The notes under the pieces were generated by a model. That model was not told where the DNA came from. It was given only the letters and a program-made list of their open reading frames with translations, and ran no database searches. A program made the translations under genes and the position numbers. Below are positions 59,701-64,000 of a stretch of DNA of 64,000 nucleotides, one piece after another. Source of the stretch: Squalus acanthias (Eukaryota); NCBI GenBank assembly GCA_030390025.1, contig CM059432.1, positions 153,452,001 through 153,516,000 of the forward strand, given 5' to 3'. The first letter of the stretch is position 1. The number at the start of each line of letters is the position of its first letter.

Positions 59701-60555
59701 GTGAGTGGGCAAGAACATGGCAAATGGAATATAATGTGGAGAAATGTGAAGTTATCCACTTTGGTAGGAAAAATAGAAAATCAGAGTATTTTTTAAATGG
59801 TGAGAGATTGGGAAATGTTGGTGTTCAGAGGGACCTAGATGTCCTTGTACACGAATCACTGAAAGTTAACATTCAGGTACAGCAAGCAATTAGGAAAGCA
59901 AATGGTATGTTGGCCTATATTACAAGAGGATTTGAGTATAAGAATAAAGACGTCTTACTGCAATTATATAGGGCCCTGGTGAGACCACACCTGGAGTATT
60001 GTGTACAGTTTTGGTCTCCTTACCTAAGGAAGGATATACTTGCCATCGAGGGAGTGCAATGAAGGTTCACCAGACTGGTTCCTGGGATGGGGGAATTGTC
60101 CTATGAGGAGAGATTGAGTAGACTAGGCCTATATTCTCTAGAGTTTAGAAGAATGAGAGGTGATCTCATTGAAACATACAAAATTCTTACAGGGTTTGAC
60201 AGGGTAGATGCAGGGAGGATGTTTCCCCTGGCTGAGGAGTCTAGAACCAGGGGTCATAGTTTCAGAATAAGGGGCTGGCCATTTAGGACTGAGATGAGGA
60301 GAAATTTCTTCACTCAGAGGGTGGTGAATCTTTGGTATTCTTTACCCCAGAGGGCTGTAGAGGCTCAGTCGTTGAGTATATTCAAGACAGAGATCGATAG
60401 ATTTTTGAATATTAAGGGAATCAAGGGATATGGGGATAGTGCAGTAAAGTGGAGATGAGATAGAAGATCAGCCATGATCTTATTGAATGGCAGAGCAGGC
60501 TCGAAGGGCCAAATGGCCTACTCCTGCTCCTATTTCTTATGTTCTTATATTCTTA
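56800..60555 (+). mobile_element. CR1 LINE with near-complete ORF2 (APE endonuclease + RT) and 3' UTR, disrupted
   Basis: ORF 56753..57826 LYLNVRSIRNK..IAITAMW..VVYRLP..DFNLHIDW..EPTREQAILDLV..GKSDH; RT in 58840-60458 with frameshifts and stops; tail TTCTTATG. Confidence 0.95.
58168..58837. mobile_element. Harbinger-type MITE (670 bp)
   Basis: TIR GGGCTGGATTTT / AAAATCCAGCCC; TSD TTT; subterminal region resembles the 52549 element; internal 29-bp tandem repeat 58477-58534. Confidence 0.9.
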
Positions 60556-61644
60556 AAATACTGCAGCCCGTGCTCGACCCCCTCTAGGCCGAATGGTCTC
60601 CCTTTGTGCTGTTATTTCTATGGCTTATATATTTGTAAATGTCTCCTGTGAAGTCATATATTTGAAAGGCTCCTTTGCACCATCCTATTAGTCACCATTT
60701 CGTGATTGGAACTCTGGAGTAGACATAGTCGAGTGTTCTGTGTGTCACTGAAGTGCTTCACTTCCAACCACTTGTATAAGGTTGTTCCTTATTTATATGA
60801 TTGAATATATAAGTATACATATATATATATCTTTCATCTCTTCTGCATACTTTTGATTCTGGTGGGCTTTTGAAGTGGCTTGTATGAAGCCAATTAAGAT
60901 CTTTTCTGCACCAAATGAACAAAATTATGTTTTAAATTGTCAAAACTAGCAAGAGTTTCTCAGGAAAACATCCTGAGCTGGTTTTGGTGAGGAAGTTTTA
61001 CCCGGAATTGGCCTAACCACAAACTGAATGTCAGAACTTATTAACTCATTCACTTCATACCCCCATGGTGATGAAACTTGCCCACTTCCACTCTTAGCAG
61101 TTGAAATCAAGAACATCTGGTGCCTTTCTGGGGTCACAGGTTTCAACTGGGACTGTGCCAAGTTAGAGTGTTAAAAGATAATGAAGCAAAATTACCTTTT
61201 GTATAGCAAATCATTTTTATGTAAAATATTTTCACTACACTGACTTTTTTTGATTCTATATGGCAAAACATTATGAATGTATTACTTTTTTTGCAACAAA
61301 TTCATAAAATACTAGGCACGCAGCAGATTCTTTCTATAAAGCTACTTTGGGAGATAAAAAAAGTATGCTGTACATAACTACAGTTTCTGTGCTATGAGTA
61401 AGAGGTCTCAGTGGAACCTTTTTTTTAATACCTTTTACTCCAAGTACCAGCCTTTGAAATGTTACTCTCCAAGTCATTTTGACTGAACTTGGCTCAGGTC
61501 GTGGGTGGCCATCCAATTTCAAGCGTAGATTTGCCTGGAATCACTGCATGTCATCATGTTCGAGGCCCATAGGGAATTAACAAAATGACCACGGTGTCCT
61601 GGGTGTCTCCTTGAAGATTTGGGGGATGATAGGAAGTTGAGGTA

Positions 61645-63605
61645 AGAACATAACATAAGAAATAGGAGCAGGAATAGGCCACTTGGCCCCTCGAGCCTGC
61701 TCCGTCATTCTATAAGATCATGGCTGATCTTGGGCTCTAAGCCACTTCCCCGCCCACTCCCCATAACCCTTCACTCCCTTATCTTGCAAAAATCTGTCTA
61801 TCTCCACCTTAAATGTATTTAATGACCCAGCCTCCACAGCTCTCTGGGGCAGAGAATTCCACAGATTTACGACCCTCTGAGAGAAGAAATTCCTCCTCAT
61901 CTCAGTTCTAAAAGGGAGACCCTTTATTCTAAAACTGTGCCCCTGAGTTCTAGATATCCCCACGAGGGGAAACATCCTCTCTGCATCTACCCTGTCGTAC
62001 CCCCTCAGTATCTTATGTTTCAATAAGATCACCTCTCATTCTTCTAAATTCCAATGAGTATAGGCCCAGCCTGCTCAACCTTTCCTCATAAGTCAACACC
62101 CTCATCTCAGGAATTAACCTAGTGAATCGTCTCTGAACTGCCTCCAATGCAAGTATATCCTTCCTTAAATAAGGAGACCAAAACGGTACGCAGTACTCAA
62201 GGTGTGGTCTCACCAATACCCTGTACAGTTGTAGCAGGACTTCCCTGCTTTTACTCCAATCCCCTTGAAATAAAGACCAACATTCCATTTGCCTTTTTGA
62301 TTACTTGCTGTACCTGCACGCTAACTTTTTGTGTTTCATGCACAAGGACCCCCAGGTCCCGCTGAACTGCAGCATTTTGTAATCTCTCTCCATTTAAATA
62401 ATAATTTGATTTTTTATTTTTCCTGCCAAAGTGTATAACCTCGCACTTTCCCACATTATACTCCATCTGCCAAATGTTTGCCCACTCACTTAGCCTGTCT
62501 ATATCCCTTTGCAGATTCTTTGAGCCCTCTGCGCAACTTGCTTTCCCACCCATCTTTGTATCATCCGCAAACTTGGCTACATTACACTCGGTCCCTTCAT
62601 CCAAGTTATTAATGTAGATTGTAAATAGTTGAGGCCCCAGCACCAATCCCTGTGGCGCCCCACTAGTTACTGTTTACCAACTGGAAAATGACCCATTTAT
62701 CCCGACTCTCTGCTTTCTGTCAGTTAGCCAATTCTCTATCCATGCTAATATATTACCCCCAATTCCATGAGCTCTTATCTTATGCAGTAACCTTTTATGT
62801 GGCACCTTATCGAATGCCTTCTGGAAATCCAAATACACCACATCCACTGGTTCACCTTTGTCCACCCTGCTCGTTACATCTTCAAAGAACTCCAGCAAAT
62901 TTGTTAAACATGATTTCCCTTTCATAAAACCATGCTGACTCTGCGTGACTGCATTATGATTTTCCAAATGCCCTGCTACTGCTTCCTTAATGAAGGACTC
63001 CAGCATTTTCCCAACGACAGATGTTAGGCTAACTGGTCTATAGTTTCCTGCTTTCTGTCTCCTTCCTTTCTTAAATAGGGGTGTTACATTTGCGGTTTCC
63101 CAATCCGCTGGGACCTCTCCAGAGTCCAGGGAATTTTGGTATATTGCAACCAATGCATCCACAATCTCTGCAGCCACTTCTTTTAAGACCCTGGGATGCA
63201 GGCCAGCTGGTCCGGGGACTTGTCATCTTTTAGTCCCATTATTTTACCAAGTACTATTTCCTTTGTGATAGTGATTGTCTTTAGTTCCCCCCTCCCTGTG
63301 GCCCCTTGATTATCCATTTTTGGGATGTTCTACCATGAAGACAGATACAAAATATTTGTTGAGAGTCTCTGCCATTTCCCCGTTCTCCATTATTAATTCC
63401 CCAGTCTCATTCTCTAAGGGACCAACGTTTACTTTAGCTACCCTCTTCCTTTTTATAATCCTGTAGAAGCTCTTACTATCTGTTTTAATGTTTCTTGCCA
63501 GTTTTCTCTCGTAATTCATCTTCTCTCTATTATTTTTTTAGTCATCCTTTGCAGGTTTTAAAAAATTTCCCAATCCTCTGGCCTCCCACCAATCTTGGCA
63601 ACATT
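61645..63605 (-). mobile_element. CR1 LINE RT + 3' UTR
   Basis: ORFs 62674..63177, 62251..62646 (KFADDTK), 62013..62288 and 61718..62032; tail at 61645. Confidence 0.95.
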
Positions 63606-64000
63606 GGCCCAGAAATTGATCTCGCTCTGTTCCCGCGGGGGTAAGGCTTCCCCGCGATCTCTCACTCCGCGTGTGCTTTTTCAGATCCAGCTCACACGAA
63701 CTTGATGTTCCAGACATCAGCTGGGCAGTGCTTGCGTATCCCACCGGCGTAGTGAATTCGTGCGAGCTGTGGGATCACGTGACTCAGTTAGAGCCAATGG
63801 CAGCACACCATCTTCCATTCATAAGTTTCACATACGTGCTGTGAAATCTATGAATCTTACACCCCCCCAAAATAACAGCTAAACCTCAATTAAATTTAAA
63901 AAAAAAACCCATCACATTAATAAAAGTATAGTTAAATAAATTAACCATTTTAAATAAAAAATTAAATTTTTGAAAAAATTTAAAATCTTTTAAAAAGTTA
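63606..64000. mobile_element. Probable Harbinger-type insertion into CR1, runs off the window end
   Basis: CR1 homology stops abruptly at GGCCCAGAAATTG, similar to the GGNNNRAAATT termini elsewhere; CpG-rich start. No second TIR in the window. Confidence 0.5.

Overview
Eukaryotic, repeat-dominated genomic DNA, most likely from a cartilaginous fish: it carries HE1-like V-SINEs, SacSINE1/Deu-like SINEs and abundant CR1 LINEs. No intact host gene is evident; there are only one or two weak exon candidates, so this is probably intronic or intergenic sequence. Contents: about 12 CR1 LINE fragments (one with near-complete EN+RT ORF2), two copies of a second CR1/L2-group LINE, an RTE 3' end, three tRNA-derived SINE families, Penelope-like element (PLE) pieces carrying minimal hammerhead ribozymes, a pogo/Tigger fossil, hAT-type MITEs with 8-bp TSDs, a 16 x 40-bp minisatellite, and many PIF/Harbinger elements. 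The Harbinger set comprises four degenerate transposase/Myb-SANT elements and a young CpG-rich MITE family with 7 complete copies. Best leads: (1) nine Harbinger insertions with intact TSDs share a spaced palindromic target ARA-N3-[NWN]-N3-TYT; (2) the PLE repeats encode minimal, probably dimer-requiring hammerheads, and one inserted copy begins at the predicted cleavage site; (3) the Harbinger MITE arms and cores are shuffled in a modular way; (4) a SINE-head/LINE-body chimera. Most ORFs in the supplied track are TE fragments or artefacts of GC-rich or repetitive DNA. Boundaries without a TSD are approximate.
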